This document shows positions 22,993 through 24,000 of a stretch of 24,000 bases of DNA, piece after piece. Below the pieces are notes generated by a model that did not search any database, had not been told where the DNA came from, and was given only the letters and a program-made list of their open reading frames with translations. The first letter of the stretch is position 1, and the number at the start of each line of letters is the position of its first letter. This DNA is from an uncultured Actinomycetota bacterium (GTDB lineage Bacteria > Actinomycetota > Actinomycetes > Propionibacteriales > Actinopolymorphaceae), in contig CAVRKO010000015.1 in the NCBI GenBank assembly GCA_963721745.1, positions 614,003 through 638,002 on the forward strand, given 5' to 3'. A program made the position numbers and the translations under genes.

Positions 22993-23613
22993 ATGACCGA
23001 ACCCACGGGCAGGGTGGTCGCCGACATCACGATCACGGCCGACGGCTACGTCGCCGGGCCCAACCAGAGCGAGGAACGCCCATTCGGCCAGGACGGCGGC
23101 GACGGCTGGGGCGACAAACTGCACGCCTGGATGTTCGACAACCCCCAAGAGAACCAGGCCGAGGTCCAACAGCTGGCAGCACCCGGCGCAGTCATCATGG
23201 GCCGCAACATGTACGGCCCCGTACGCGGCGACTGGGACCGACAATGGAACGGCTGGTGGGGCGACAACCCACCCTTCCACGCCCCGGTCTACATCCTGAC
23301 CCACCACACCCGCGACCCCCAACCAATGGCCGGCGGCACCACCTACCACTTCATCACCGACGGAATCCAAGCCGCACTCAAACAAGCCCGCGAAGCAGCC
23401 GGCGACAGCGACATCTCGATCCTCGGCGGCGCGGACACCATCAACCAATACCTCACCGCCGGCCTCGTCGACGAACTACGACTACACATCGTCCCACTCA
23501 CACTCGGCGCCGGCGCCCGACTATTCGAGGGCGTCCCACCACTCACACTCGAACAGGTCCACTCCCGCGCAGCAACCGCAGTGACACACGTGACCTACCG
23601 CGTGCAGACCTGA
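22993..23613 (+). CDS. Dihydrofolate reductase family protein (RibD C-terminal domain type)
   Basis: ATG 22993 follows gggagga plus a 7-nt spacer. The sequence is VVADITITADGYVAGPNQSEERPFG...GAVIMGRNMYG...PVYILTHH...DISILGGADTINQYLTAGLVDELRLHIVPLTLGAGARLFEG. Confidence 0.9.
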   Translation: MTEPTGRVVADITITADGYVAGPNQSEERPFGQDGGDGWGDKLHAWMFDNPQENQAEVQQLAAPGAVIMGRNMYGPVRGDWDRQWNGWWGDNPPFHAPVYILTHHTRDPQPMAGGTTYHFITDGIQAALKQAREAAGDSDISILGGADTINQYLTAGLVDELRLHIVPLTLGAGARLFEGVPPLTLEQVHSRAATAVTHVTYRVQT

Positions 23614-23635
23614 GCAGCAGCGGTCGGTGACTGAA

Positions 23636-24000
23636 GTGCAGGCGGGCACCAGCGCGGAGGCCGCATCCACAACCTCACCCCCCGATCGACGACGCGGCTT
23701 CGCACGTTGGATCGCGGCGAATGTCGGCTCGGCGGTTCCTCAGTCGATGGCGCCGATCACCTTCGGGTTGGCGGCTTTGTCCCAAGGGGACCTCAACGCC
23801 GGTGCCCTGATGATGACGGCGATGACCGTCGCGCAGGTGGTCGGTGCGGTACCCATCGCCGCGGCCGGCCGGCGGTTCTCGGTGAGTGCGTACGCGCGGT
23901 TTCTCGCCGCGTTCCGGACGTTCGCGTTCGTCGGTGTCCTGCTCGCGATCGCGGGCCAGGCGCCGATCCCCGTGCTGGTGGTCGCCGCCAGTCTCGCCGG
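23636..24000 (+). CDS. MFS-type transporter, N-terminal part (continues beyond the window)
   Basis: This open frame is not in the track because there is no stop in the window. From GTG 23636 it reads VQAGTSAEAASTTSPPDRRRGFARWIAANVGSAVPQSMAPITFGLAALSQGDLNAGALMMTAMTVAQVVGAVPIAAAGRRFS...FAFVGVLLAIAG. The start codon is uncertain. Confidence 0.55.
   Translation, partial: MQAGTSAEAASTTSPPDRRRGFARWIAANVGSAVPQSMAPITFGLAALSQGDLNAGALMMTAMTVAQVVGAVPIAAAGRRFSVSAYARFLAAFRTFAFVGVLLAIAGQAPIPVLVVAASLA

Overview
This is a high-GC Actinomycetota-type chromosomal segment with about 29 protein-coding genes on both strands. I found no rRNA, tRNA, CRISPR array, transposase or integrase. All calls come from reading the translations and DNA by eye, with no database search, so family assignments rest on recognised motifs and start codons are provisional. 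The ORF track prints M for GTG and TTG starts.

Left to right, the window contains:
- APH-type phosphotransferase (cut by the window edge), ABM monooxygenase, and a broken S9 prolyl-oligopeptidase pseudogene.
- PhyH-type dioxygenase, PCD-like/VOC fusion protein, and an L,D-transpeptidase.
- DinB/MDMPI-like protein and a P-loop NTPase.
- An internally duplicated polytopic membrane protein and an MFS transporter.
- CGNR zinc-finger regulator, DUF222-HNH (REP13E12-like) gene, and an MBL hydrolase.
- An out-of-context UMP-kinase paralog and an aldo/keto reductase.
- An ArsR-SRPBCC pair and a GNAT acetyltransferase.
- A CDP-alcohol phosphatidyltransferase / YqaA-like / HAD operon and an alpha/beta hydrolase.
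- A less ordinary right-hand block at about 19.4-23.6 kb, followed by a partial MFS gene at the right edge.

The right-hand block holds a 71-aa protein divergent from a tandem-HTH protein, a 2-TM mini-protein, and an orphan MurE-type Mur ligase. The ligase has foreign codon usage and is flanked by long structured non-coding DNA. A RibD_C/DHFR-family gene follows. This block is my best candidate for something not yet described, but I cannot assign it a function from sequence alone.

The many long Arg/Pro/Gly-rich ORFs in the track are antisense or off-frame shadows typical of high-GC DNA.
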